From Candidatus Poribacteria bacterium (GTDB lineage: Bacteria; Poribacteria; WGA-4E; WGA-3G), in contig CBDBFU010000012.1 in NCBI GenBank assembly GCA_965205025.1, positions 192,001-256,000 on the forward strand: a stretch of 64,000 bases of DNA. The letters are read 5' to 3'. Positions 40,501 through 49,102 of this stretch are shown piece after piece. Positions within the stretch are counted from its first letter, which is position 1. Every line of letters starts with the position of its first letter. The translations under genes were made by a program, and so were the position numbers. The notes beneath the pieces are model-generated. The model ran no database searches, was not told the DNA's origin, and saw only the letters and a list, made by a program, of their open reading frames with translations.

Positions 40501-41922
40501 AAATTTGGTGATAAAGGCAACATCTGGGAGATGTTAAGCACTATTGGAATTAAATGTCTGAACTGTTCTGGTAATGTCATTTATGGTTTGACCTATTTGT
40601 ATTCACCGCGTGAACAAAAGACGAACATGTTTGCAGGAAGTAGTGCTGGTCACAAGGTTTGGCTCAATGGAGAGTTAGTTCGAAACTGGCACGTTAGGAA
40701 TAGGATATATGACCTTTATACCGATTATGAAGATGCTTTCCCCGTTACGTTGAAACAAGGTCAGAATGTCTTATTAGTTGCGGTTAATCATGGCTACGGA
40801 AATACTGGTAGGTGGCGTTTTAGTGGTGATTTTGGATTTGCCCCTGGCACAGAATACACCACATATATTCCGGGTGTGGAATATAGTCTATCTGATCCTA
40901 CAATCTATGTCGGAGATACCTTCACACTTGACATCCGTGCTGAAGATGTTCACGATTTAGCGGATTGGCAATTTGATATTTCCTTTAATCCCAACGTACT
41001 TGAAGTCCTTGAAGTCAACGAGGGGGATTTCATGAAACAAAATGGAGGAAGCACCTATTTTCAGAAAGGAATAATTGATAACGCTGCTGGCAAAATCGAA
41101 GGACTCAGTTCAGCGATATTGACAGACACAGGAGTCAACGGCACGGGAGTACTACTCTCCGTGACTTTCAAAGCAAAAACTGAAGTTGAAACCCAAGTAG
41201 CACTCCATAACTTCCAACTATTAACAATCTTAGAAGAGACAATCCCTGCCGGTCCCCATAAGTTTATCTTCGCTATAACCCCAAAAAAGAAACCACTCAC
41301 CGGGGATGTGAATAGGGACGGACAAGTGAACATTCGGGATATGATCCTTGTTTCACGATCCTTTGGAAAGGATGCATCCGACAACCCCGAGGCTGATGTA
41401 AATCAGGACGGCACCATTAACATACAAGACCTAATCCTTGTTGCACAGCATTTAGGCGAAACAACTGACAACTCTGCTGCACCGACTATACTTGCCAAAG
41501 AGACAGAGCAGCTCACACCGGCAATTATACAGAACTGGATAAAACAAGCACAGATTGAAGATGATGGTTCACTTGCTTTCCAGCAAGGAATAGAGTATCT
41601 ACAACAGTTATTAGCGTCGTTGCTACCAGAAAAAACGATACTCCTACCGAACTACCCAAATCCATTCAACCCAGAGACGTGGATACCATATCAGTTAGCA
41701 ACCCCTGCTGATGTCAGCATCTCTATTTATGCTGCGGACGGACAGGTTGTCCGAACACTACAATTGGGCAATTTGCCAGCAGGACACTATACAAGCCGAA
41801 GTCGGGCGGCACATTGGGATGGCAAAAATAAAATAGGAGAATCGGTTGCAAGTGGTCTCTATTACTATACCCTTTCAGCAGATGAGTTTTCTGCCACACG
41901 AAGGATGTTGATACTGAAGTAA
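37510..41922 (+). CDS. Large exported multidomain protein: cytochrome c domains, internalin-like LRRs, cohesin, dockerin, FlgD/T9SS-like CTD
   Basis: AGGAG RBS and ATG 37510 (the ORF track starts at 37486); signal peptide; CLICH and CIGCH; ISDISPLAGLT.L repeats; DLADWQFDISFNP cohesin; GDVNRDGQVNIRD dockerin; NYPNPFNPETWIPYQL...WDGKN CTD. Confidence 0.88.
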   Translation: MKKHLSRFILISTALLFYITQNVAAQQNLTQDVYAIIEQSCLICHGENGSYRESLIIEHKALIENGKIIPGDPESSVFYQRLIETDVATRMPLGQPPLTSAAIETIRQWIAAGAPDWNTPVRANTDFITPQAMLETIEAHVQSIPPFDRTFARYFTSTHLYNAGESDEALKAYQRALSKLVNSLSWGREIVKPKAIDPIGTIFYIDLRDYQWEVGTNRWTQIERIYPYTDEYNAPSETSLHEKLTSLQEELNCQVPFIHVDWFVANASLPPLYHDILQLPLTERELEEKLEVSVKENIQNAPGKRVWRAGFNDSGVSNHNRVVERHTFQHGAYWKSYDFAGSVGTQNIFTHPISFEHDGSEIIFNLPNGLQAYYLANQNGNRLNVAPTDIVSNPAVSDPAVRNGLSCIGCHTEGMKQFEDEVRNVVEQNANPPYDKARALSLYVEKATMDALLAQDTERYRQALQKTGDVFGGIEPIQRFHEVFQGPIDSIHAAASLGLQTEILIKNIQQNVGLQNLGLLVLENGTIKRDTWTQQWTDIVHALDFPQESIVTPVEPIPERIPGTIVNIPNPTLRTAIEEALGKPSGTPITVDDMAILTTLHGGGQPPQDLEGIQFATNLEKLSFSHGINDLSPLARLTNLKYLSISGYPLDLSPLAGLTNLEYLNIGGQDFGVTSDTGQLNNVGFDISALAGLTKLHTLRLLGKRVYDISPLVGLTELQWLDLGNLNPGGNRISDISPLAGLTELQRLNLTGNPISDISPLSGLINLERLYLGEMHHEVVGGGNNFSTAQGVLSDISPLVGLTKLQSLSLNNNKISDISSLSSLINLERLDLRFNNISEVSPLANLQKLSGTLNLLGNNISEVSPLANLENLLALQLQFNKISNISPLDGLPEKTRVFWYGNPGFPKGGPKIEGPWLWVLLRNLHVPHDVFILEGRNAVFWGRNVVSWRNYDYYDYLSEASDGSVTEQTIAADGATEGNSVGEHVWTSHKINPTNTDKFGDKGNIWEMLSTIGIKCLNCSGNVIYGLTYLYSPREQKTNMFAGSSAGHKVWLNGELVRNWHVRNRIYDLYTDYEDAFPVTLKQGQNVLLVAVNHGYGNTGRWRFSGDFGFAPGTEYTTYIPGVEYSLSDPTIYVGDTFTLDIRAEDVHDLADWQFDISFNPNVLEVLEVNEGDFMKQNGGSTYFQKGIIDNAAGKIEGLSSAILTDTGVNGTGVLLSVTFKAKTEVETQVALHNFQLLTILEETIPAGPHKFIFAITPKKKPLTGDVNRDGQVNIRDMILVSRSFGKDASDNPEADVNQDGTINIQDLILVAQHLGETTDNSAAPTILAKETEQLTPAIIQNWIKQAQIEDDGSLAFQQGIEYLQQLLASLLPEKTILLPNYPNPFNPETWIPYQLATPADVSISIYAADGQVVRTLQLGNLPAGHYTSRSRAAHWDGKNKIGESVASGLYYYTLSADEFSATRRMLILK

Positions 41923-42181
41923 CCTTCCCTAACTCAAGATTTGGAATAATCATTCTTTACCGAATAAAATAAGAATTCAAAAAACTAAATAATCCTGCTT
42001 CCCCTCATTTTATCTTGACTATTTTCACATATTAAACATATAATTGTGGATTAATAGGTTTGAATATTATATCTAACCTACAAAATAAGGATACAATCTC
42101 ATACCATTCTGAATATTAATTTGTAAACATAGTCGGATAGATTATCACTTATTCCAATTTAAGAAACAAAAGGAACACATA

Positions 42182-42949
42182 ATGAAAAAGATCACTCTAA
42201 CATTTACTTTACTATTTCTCGTTGGATTCGTAGTACAACCGGCACTATCACAAGTTGTTGATGGTCTTGTTGCATATTGGGATTTCAACGAAGGTTCAGG
42301 TAACATAGCAAAAGATATGTCTGGTAATGGACATGACGGAGAATTGTTGGGAGATGCTCAGTGGACTAACGATGGGTATTTCGGTGGTGGAATCGTATTT
42401 GATGGTGCTGGAGATGAGGTAAATATTCCTTATCATGCAGACCTCAATCCAGAAGTTTTCACCATTTGTGCTTGGGCAAACGTGGCAGATGGAGGAACAG
42501 GACATCGTGCTGTAATCTCCTCTCGTGCGGATTTCCCACAACGCGGGTTTATCTTCTACTGCACCCCAGGAAATGTATGGCAGTTTTGGATTGGTGCGGG
42601 ACCAGACAGTTGGAAATCTGCTCAAGGACCAGGTGTGACTGTTGACGACTGGGATCATCTCGCAGGGACTTATGCTAATGGGAATCATAGGTTTTATGTA
42701 AATGGTGAATTTGCTGCTGAACAGAAATTTAATATCGCTGTTAACCCTGAAGAGGAATTACTTATCGGGGCAGGCGCAAATGAAACTGCTAACCATAACT
42801 ATTTCTTCAATGGTACAATTGATGAAGTGCAAATCTATAACCGTGTCCTCTCCGATGACGAAATCGCAACCGTTATGACAAGTCCCGTGACTGCTGTAGA
42901 AGCCTTAGATAAGCTTGCACTTACATGGGGACAACTCAAAGCGAAGTAG
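42182..42949 (+). CDS. LamG-like (concanavalin A-like) exported protein
   Basis: LVAYWDFNEGSG..AKD.SGNGHDG, WDHLAGTY, F.G.IDEV.IYNR.L; C-terminal KLALTWGQLK. Confidence 0.9.
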   Translation: MKKITLTFTLLFLVGFVVQPALSQVVDGLVAYWDFNEGSGNIAKDMSGNGHDGELLGDAQWTNDGYFGGGIVFDGAGDEVNIPYHADLNPEVFTICAWANVADGGTGHRAVISSRADFPQRGFIFYCTPGNVWQFWIGAGPDSWKSAQGPGVTVDDWDHLAGTYANGNHRFYVNGEFAAEQKFNIAVNPEEELLIGAGANETANHNYFFNGTIDEVQIYNRVLSDDEIATVMTSPVTAVEALDKLALTWGQLKAK

Positions 42950-43039
42950 GATTTGCGATATTTGTGATTCACAGGTTTAAAGTGCTGTGTCTAAGTACAA
43001 AATAGCAACTCTCAACAAAATTGAAACAGAGGAATAAAA

Positions 43040-43810
43040 ATGAAATATGTCACTTTAACCATAGCATTACTATTACTTATAGGACTGGCAGTACAACCAG
43101 TGCTTTCTCAAGATCTAAAAAAAGGCATCGTAGCATATTGGGACTTCAACAAAGATGAAGGCGAAACTACCACTGATTCATCTGGCAATGGACACGATGG
43201 GACATTGTTAGGGGATACAAAATGGACAAAAGACGGCTACTTTGGCGGCGGAGTTATGTTTGATGGTGCTGGAGATGAAGTAAATATTCCTTACCATAAG
43301 GATCTTAATCCAGAAGTATTCACTATCACTGCTTGGGCAAACGTCGCAGATGGTGGTGCTGGACATCGCGCTGTCGTATCATCTCGTGCTGACTTTCCAC
43401 AACGCGGTTTTATCTTCTATTGTACTCCTCAGAACACATGGCAGTTTTGGATCGGTGCCGGAGCCAATCACTGGAAATCAGCCCAAGGTCCCGCAGTCAA
43501 TCTTGATAAATGGGATCACCTTGCTGGCACCTATGCGGACGGAAATCATAGGTTTTATGTAAATGGTGAATTTGCAGCGGAACAGAATTTTGATATTGAT
43601 CTTAACCCCGATCAAGAATTTCTCATCGGTGCTGGAGCAAATGAAACCGCAAACCATAACTACTTTTTCAATGGTATAATTGATGAAGTACGTCTTTATG
43701 ACCGTGTTCTGGACGACGACGAAATCGAAGCAGTTATGAAGAGTGATTCCTTGGATGTTGAACCATCTGGTAAGATCGCTATTACTTGGGGACAACTCAA
43801 AACCAAATAG
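43040..43810 (+). CDS. LamG-like exported protein (close paralog of 42182)
   Basis: Same motifs; C-terminal KIAITWGQLK. Confidence 0.9.
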   Translation: MKYVTLTIALLLLIGLAVQPVLSQDLKKGIVAYWDFNKDEGETTTDSSGNGHDGTLLGDTKWTKDGYFGGGVMFDGAGDEVNIPYHKDLNPEVFTITAWANVADGGAGHRAVVSSRADFPQRGFIFYCTPQNTWQFWIGAGANHWKSAQGPAVNLDKWDHLAGTYADGNHRFYVNGEFAAEQNFDIDLNPDQEFLIGAGANETANHNYFFNGIIDEVRLYDRVLDDDEIEAVMKSDSLDVEPSGKIAITWGQLKTK

Positions 43811-43834
43811 CATCAACACTTTATCCATTTGAAT

Positions 43835-43888
43835 TACTTAATATAACAAAGGAGTCGGGTTTAACCCACTCCTTTGTTATATTAAGTA
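43835..43888. terminator. Long perfect hairpin, probable terminator
   Basis: tacttaatataacaaaggagt / actcctttgttatattaagta, a 21-bp stem after the LamG gene. Confidence 0.65.
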
Positions 43889-43966
43889 TACAGTGTATCT
43901 CATAAATACGAATCCATTCTACCGATATAATTTCTCTTCGTAGTGGGCGGGATCTCCCCACCCGTT
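43889..43966 (+). repeat. Family G element left end + GTAG hairpin
   Basis: tacagtgtatctcataaatacgaa...ttcgtagtgggcgggatctccccaccc. Homologous to 60883 and 62973. Confidence 0.7.
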
Positions 43967-44086
43967 GTTTCAAAATTTATTACATTGACTGACTTTATAG
44001 AAAATATTGTACATAAACCCTGAGTATTTACTTTGAAAATACCACTGTTACTTGGAAACAACTAATAACTATAAACTAATCCTTAG

Positions 44087-44866
44087 ATGAGGGTATATGA
44101 GATGAAGTATATATGTATTACATTTGCTTTAATATTCTTTGTTGGATTCATAATACAATCGGCACTATCTAAGAATATTGATGAAGGTATCGTTGCCTAT
44201 TGGGGACTAAACGAAGATAATGGTGAAACGGCTAAAGATGATTCTGGGAATGGACACGATGGAAAGTTGCTTGGAGACCCACAGTGGACAAAGGAAGGAT
44301 ATTTTGGAGGAGCTCTTGAATTCGATCAGGTTGGAGATGAAGTTAACGTTCCATTCCATAAAGATCTCAATCAAGAATCCTTTAGTGTGTGTGCTTGGGC
44401 AAACGTTGAACCCGGAAGTGCAAATCATCGCGCAGTTGTTTCTTGTCGTGATGCCCCGCCATTGAGTGGGTATATCTTTTATGCAGAACCAGGGAATACT
44501 TGGCAATATTGGACTGGTGATGGGTCATGGGTATCTGTTCAGGGACCTAAGGTAAATCTTGGGGATTGGGATCATCTAACAGGGACCTATGCCGATGGTG
44601 TACAAAAGTTCTACGTTAACGGAGAATTTGTAGGTGAAAGGAACTCTAAGATTATCGTTAATACAAGACAGGAATTTCTCATTGGTGCCGGTGGGAATGA
44701 ACTCGGGGCACATCAATACCTCTTTAAGGGTAGGATTGATGAGGTGCGTTTATATGACCGTGCACTGGACGAAGACGAAATCGCAGCAGTAATGGAGAGT
44801 GAAGGATTAGCCGTGGAAGCATTTCGTAAGATTGCTGTTAAATGGGGACAACTTAAAGCAAAGTAA
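44087..44866 (+). CDS. LamG-like exported protein (third tandem paralog; probable start ATG 44102)
   Basis: Same motifs; C-terminal KIAVKWGQLK. Confidence 0.9.
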   Translation: MRVYEMKYICITFALIFFVGFIIQSALSKNIDEGIVAYWGLNEDNGETAKDDSGNGHDGKLLGDPQWTKEGYFGGALEFDQVGDEVNVPFHKDLNQESFSVCAWANVEPGSANHRAVVSCRDAPPLSGYIFYAEPGNTWQYWTGDGSWVSVQGPKVNLGDWDHLTGTYADGVQKFYVNGEFVGERNSKIIVNTRQEFLIGAGGNELGAHQYLFKGRIDEVRLYDRALDEDEIAAVMESEGLAVEAFRKIAVKWGQLKAK

Positions 44867-44919
44867 GACTATTGGACGTTCAACACTTACCATTCTTTCC
44901 TCCTGACTGTTATAGTATC

Positions 44920-45250
44920 CAATACTATTTTTGATAATTAAAGTCTCTTTAATTGTAGCATAAACTTTCAGTTTGTGCTGTATTTCAAACATGTATAGGT
45001 GTCAATTTAGGAGAAAAAATGTTGTATCTTAGGAGAAAAAATGTTGTATCCCCAGTCCGGGAGGTGCGGTTTCCCAACCGCACCAAATTTGTGCCAAACC
45101 TTGTATTGAAAGCCTTCTCGTATAATCCGCTTCGGTTAGGAAACCGAAGCTACCGTTCTTGGATGTGCACTAAATTGACGCCTATGGTGCTGTATTTCAA
45201 AAGATACATAACAACTGTCTATAGAATAAACAATTATAAAAATGGTATAA
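44920..45250. mobile_element. Family A element containing a nested family D element
   Basis: Ends aatactattttt / aaaaatggtataa. Intact gtagcataaactttcagtttgtgc hairpin at 44955. Confidence 0.75.
44995..45185. mobile_element. Family D element (16-bp TIR) carrying an inverted REP doublet (REPIN-like)
   Basis: TIR ataggtgtcaatttag / ctaaattgacgcctat. REPs at 45060-45084 and 45129-45153 in opposite orientation. Flanking direct repeat gtgctgtatttcaaa at 44975 and 45187. Confidence 0.8.
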
Positions 45251-45453
45251 CAATAAACCGATTAGTTAATCTCTTCATTGAGATAAGTATTCAATAGTAG
45301 GTATTTATATACCATCTCTACATATATGTCAATTATTCTCACATTGTCATCGCTTAATTTTTGACACACCCAATAACTTCTATGCTATAATTAGGCATTC
45401 ATAAATAGAAATCAGGGGTGTAACCCCTCCTATACAGAAGGAGCCAATATATA

Positions 45454-46482
45454 ATGGCAGATATTATTCAAGGTGCTGTTCTCGGATATGGTGCAGCATT
45501 TAATATGGGAAAAGCACACGCAAATATGATGAATAACACTGATGGAATCACATGTGTTGCCGTGTGTGATATTGATCCAGAACGGACAAAAGCTGCTGAA
45601 GCAGATTTTCCAGGTGTCCGTACATACAACACAGTTGAAGATCTGGTTGCTGATGATGATGTGGATCTCATCGCAAACGTACTGCCTCATAGTCTTCACT
45701 GTGGGCCGACTGTCGCTGCTCATAATGCGGGGAAACATGTTGTCGTTGAAAAACCGATGTGCATTACTGTGGCTGAAGCTACAGAAATGATTACTGCTGC
45801 AAAAGAGAATGATGTGATGCTTTCTGTGCATCACAACCGTCGATGGGATTCAGATTTCTGGACACTCCGAGAACTTGTTCAATCCGGTATTATCGGTAAA
45901 GTTTTTAGCGTTGAAATGTGGGGTGGTGGTTACGGAAGACCTAATCCCAATTGGTGGCGAAGTGTAAAAGCAATCTCGGGTGGACATTTCTATGATTGGG
46001 GCGCACACTTCCTCGATTGGTTACTCAATGTCCTTGAAGCACCTATGATAAATGTTACAGGGTTCATGCAACCTAATCTTGTTTGGGAGGATATTACGAA
46101 TGAAGACCATGTGCAGGCAGTAATACGATTCGCTGGAGCGAAATATGTCGCTGAGGGCGCATCTGCAAACATACAGATGTCAAGTATTGCTAAGGTCGGT
46201 GGAGATAAATGGAAACTCCTCGGCTCACATGGGGCAATCGTATCTGAAGGCGGGGAATATAAAGTACTATCCGAAGTTGAAGGACATCCAAAAGAGCAGA
46301 AAGTCGGATTTCATGGTAGACCCGGTCCAAGTTATTACCAAAATATCGTGGCTCACATAAACGATGGAACACCTTTGCTTGTCACCCCTGAATCTGCACG
46401 ACGCGTTATCGCAATTATGGATTTGGCAGAAAAATCCGCAAAAACCCATCAGTCTGAAACCATTCCCTATGAATTTGAATAA
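45454..46482 (+). CDS. Gfo/Idh/MocA family oxidoreductase
   Basis: VLGYG, AGKHVVVEKP, HNRRWD, GGHFYDWGAHFLD. Confidence 0.92.
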   Translation: MADIIQGAVLGYGAAFNMGKAHANMMNNTDGITCVAVCDIDPERTKAAEADFPGVRTYNTVEDLVADDDVDLIANVLPHSLHCGPTVAAHNAGKHVVVEKPMCITVAEATEMITAAKENDVMLSVHHNRRWDSDFWTLRELVQSGIIGKVFSVEMWGGGYGRPNPNWWRSVKAISGGHFYDWGAHFLDWLLNVLEAPMINVTGFMQPNLVWEDITNEDHVQAVIRFAGAKYVAEGASANIQMSSIAKVGGDKWKLLGSHGAIVSEGGEYKVLSEVEGHPKEQKVGFHGRPGPSYYQNIVAHINDGTPLLVTPESARRVIAIMDLAEKSAKTHQSETIPYEFE

Positions 46483-46501
46483 TCTATATTAATTTACATA
46501 C

Positions 46502-46535
46502 ATATAAGGCGGAGTAAATTCCGCCTTATATTTTC
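46502..46535 (+). terminator. Rho-independent terminator
   Basis: atataaggcgga-gtaaat-tccgccttatat followed by a T run. Confidence 0.75.
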
Positions 46536-46568
46536 ACTAAACAATTACCTTCCCTCCAATTTCCGAAT

Positions 46569-47585
46569 ATGAAAGCAATTTTATTTGAGAATACACATAA
46601 GATCAGCATACAAGACATACCTGTTCCAACTCTTGATGCCGGAGATGTACTTATCCAAATGGAATTATGTGGAATATGTGCATCTGACATTGCTGCACTC
46701 CGTGGTGATGTAACTGACTATACTCCACCCGTAATAATGGGACATGAACTGGCTGGAATAGTAGTTGAAAGTCGACACTCCCAAGTGAAAGTTGGAGAAC
46801 GGGTCACTGTAAATCCAATGCTCTCATGCGGTGAGTGTGCAAATTGTCAAAATGACCAAGACAAGTATTGCAATAAAATTGAAGGTATTGGACACGACAT
46901 TGATGGAGGATATGCAGAGTATATCCGAATGCCAAAACATGGTGTTGATACTAACAAACTTATCACCGTACCTGATAATCTACCTCCAGAAGAATTGCTC
47001 TTCCTTGAACCATTAGGATGTTGTCTAAATGCAATGTCAGATACAATCTTCAAAAACAGTGTTGCAATCCTTGGAGCAGGTCCAATTGGTTTATTGTTAA
47101 CCCAACTAACAAAAAGAAAAGGTTTAACAACCTATGTGATTGATCCACTTTTACATCGAAGAAAAATTGCTGAAACTGTTGGTGCCGAGGAAACCTTTGA
47201 TATCTCACCAGACAGTATTGAGAATCTAAAAGAGATTACCAATGGTGGTGTTGACACAGTTATTTCTGCCACTACCAATAATACAGCTGCAATATCCCTC
47301 GCTACTTCTATCGTACGAAAAGGGGGTTGTATAAATTACTTTGGTCTTTCACCTGAAGGTGAGGAGCTCAAAATCAACTTAGAAGAATTTCATTATACAG
47401 GACACAAGTTGATGGCATCCTGGGCATTTTCCCGATCAAGTCTCGAAGAATCTCGCCAACTCTTGCTTGAAAAAGCACTTAACTTCATACCTTTGATAAC
47501 TGATCGGTTTCCAATCATAAAAGGTTTAGAGGCATTTGAGAATGCAATCGCGCATCGCGGTGTCAAAACCATACTGCATCCCTAA
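46569..47585 (+). CDS. Zinc-binding (MDR) alcohol/polyol dehydrogenase
   Basis: CGICASD, GHE, structural zinc site CGECANC...C, GAGPIG. Confidence 0.92.
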   Translation: MKAILFENTHKISIQDIPVPTLDAGDVLIQMELCGICASDIAALRGDVTDYTPPVIMGHELAGIVVESRHSQVKVGERVTVNPMLSCGECANCQNDQDKYCNKIEGIGHDIDGGYAEYIRMPKHGVDTNKLITVPDNLPPEELLFLEPLGCCLNAMSDTIFKNSVAILGAGPIGLLLTQLTKRKGLTTYVIDPLLHRRKIAETVGAEETFDISPDSIENLKEITNGGVDTVISATTNNTAAISLATSIVRKGGCINYFGLSPEGEELKINLEEFHYTGHKLMASWAFSRSSLEESRQLLLEKALNFIPLITDRFPIIKGLEAFENAIAHRGVKTILHP

Positions 47586-47986
47586 GAACATTTCCCCGCC
47601 ACTAAAGACAATTCCACTCCATTTTACACTTCATTAATTCCAGACATAATATTAGTAATATCTTCTTCTATTGGTTTTTGTCAGTTAGAAGCCTAATAAT
47701 TCTAACTATATTTGTTCTTCATTTTTCACAGAATGATATTAGAAAAAGGTTAGATTCTGTAACTTTTTTCAAGATTTATAGTTTCTTATTTAGGTAGGAT
47801 ACACATTAAAAATAACAATAAGACATACTTTAAATATATATAACAATGATCAGTTTAATAAGTCCTGTGAATTCAGAATTGTCTGATAAATTCTGTGAAT
47901 TCACAGTAAAATACTGTCAACAATGAATATGGAAGGAGATACCTAAGTAACGGATAATATCAGTATTCGCCACTTAGAATTAGCTT

Positions 47987-48826
47987 ATGAACCTCGGTGC
48001 ACATGTTTCCACAGCGGGTGGAATTCATAACTCTATCAAAAATGGTGTTGATCTCAAATGTGACGCAATCCAGATTTTTCTTACGAATCCAAATCGTTGG
48101 GAATCAAAACCACCCTCACCTGATATAATAGATGAATTTCGTCAAGCTTGGGAAAACTCTTCTATCAAAGATATAATCGTTCATGATATTCATCTAAGTA
48201 ATCTTGCATCCCCAAAAAAAGATGTGTTAGAAAAATCTCAAAAAAAATTTAAGCACCAGATTGAACTTTGTCAACAATCGGGTATATTACTATTTAATAC
48301 ACATCTCGGAGCACATCTTGGTGAAGGTGAAGAATTTGGGTTGAAACAGCTAAGTGATAGTTTGGACTTAATGTTTGAAACAGCTGATGCCACAGATGTA
48401 ATAGTCTTACTTGAAACAACTGCTGGTCAAGGAACAAACTTGGGGTACTGTTTTGAACATCTTCGTGATGTAATAGGAATGTCAAATTATCCTGATCGAT
48501 TCGGTGTCTGTTTAGATACCTGTCATGTTTTTGCCGCAGGATATGATCTGCGTACTGAAGAGGATTGTGAAACTACTTTTGATAAATTTGATGAGATAAT
48601 TGGTTTGGAAAGACTCAATGCATTTCATATTAACGATGCCAAATCAGAATATAACAGTCGTGTAGATAGGCATGAACATATAGGAGAAGGGAATATTGGT
48701 TCAACAGCATTTGAATATATTTTAAATGACTCACGTTTTGCTGAAACGCCACTCATCATTGAAACACCAAAGATGAATACAATGCATGGTAAAAATCTAA
48801 AAGTCTTACGTGGTTTAGTGAAATAG
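47987..48826 (+). CDS. nfo: Endonuclease IV
   Basis: GAHVSTAGG, LLETTAGQGT.LG, CLDTCHVFAAGYD, HINDAK, DRHEHIGEG.IG, ETP. Confidence 0.95.
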   Translation: MNLGAHVSTAGGIHNSIKNGVDLKCDAIQIFLTNPNRWESKPPSPDIIDEFRQAWENSSIKDIIVHDIHLSNLASPKKDVLEKSQKKFKHQIELCQQSGILLFNTHLGAHLGEGEEFGLKQLSDSLDLMFETADATDVIVLLETTAGQGTNLGYCFEHLRDVIGMSNYPDRFGVCLDTCHVFAAGYDLRTEEDCETTFDKFDEIIGLERLNAFHINDAKSEYNSRVDRHEHIGEGNIGSTAFEYILNDSRFAETPLIIETPKMNTMHGKNLKVLRGLVK

Positions 48827-49102
48827 AAAACATAGCAGGAAATAGTACCCAACGAATCTATAGTTATAGGAATATTATTAACGTGAGTTTGAAAATAGTT
48901 ATATGAACATCATTTCCAAAATATGGTATTATAATGGATCATGAAAGCATATAGAAGATCCTGATAAGTGCGGATTCACGTTGAGTATAAGTTGTGGTAC
49001 ATACACAAGCTTTGTCCAAACCCAAGGCACGTGCACTGACAGAGATTACGACAACCGTGATGATAATAAAGACAATTTCAATCAACTTTTCAATTTTTAT
49101 TT

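Noticed and set aside
45019-45297. 92-aa ORF
   Set aside because: It lies almost entirely within the nested A/D repeat elements.
48930-49100. Possible ncRNA or riboswitch upstream of obg
   Set aside because: I could not identify a recognisable family motif or a convincing stem by eye. An Rfam scan would be needed.
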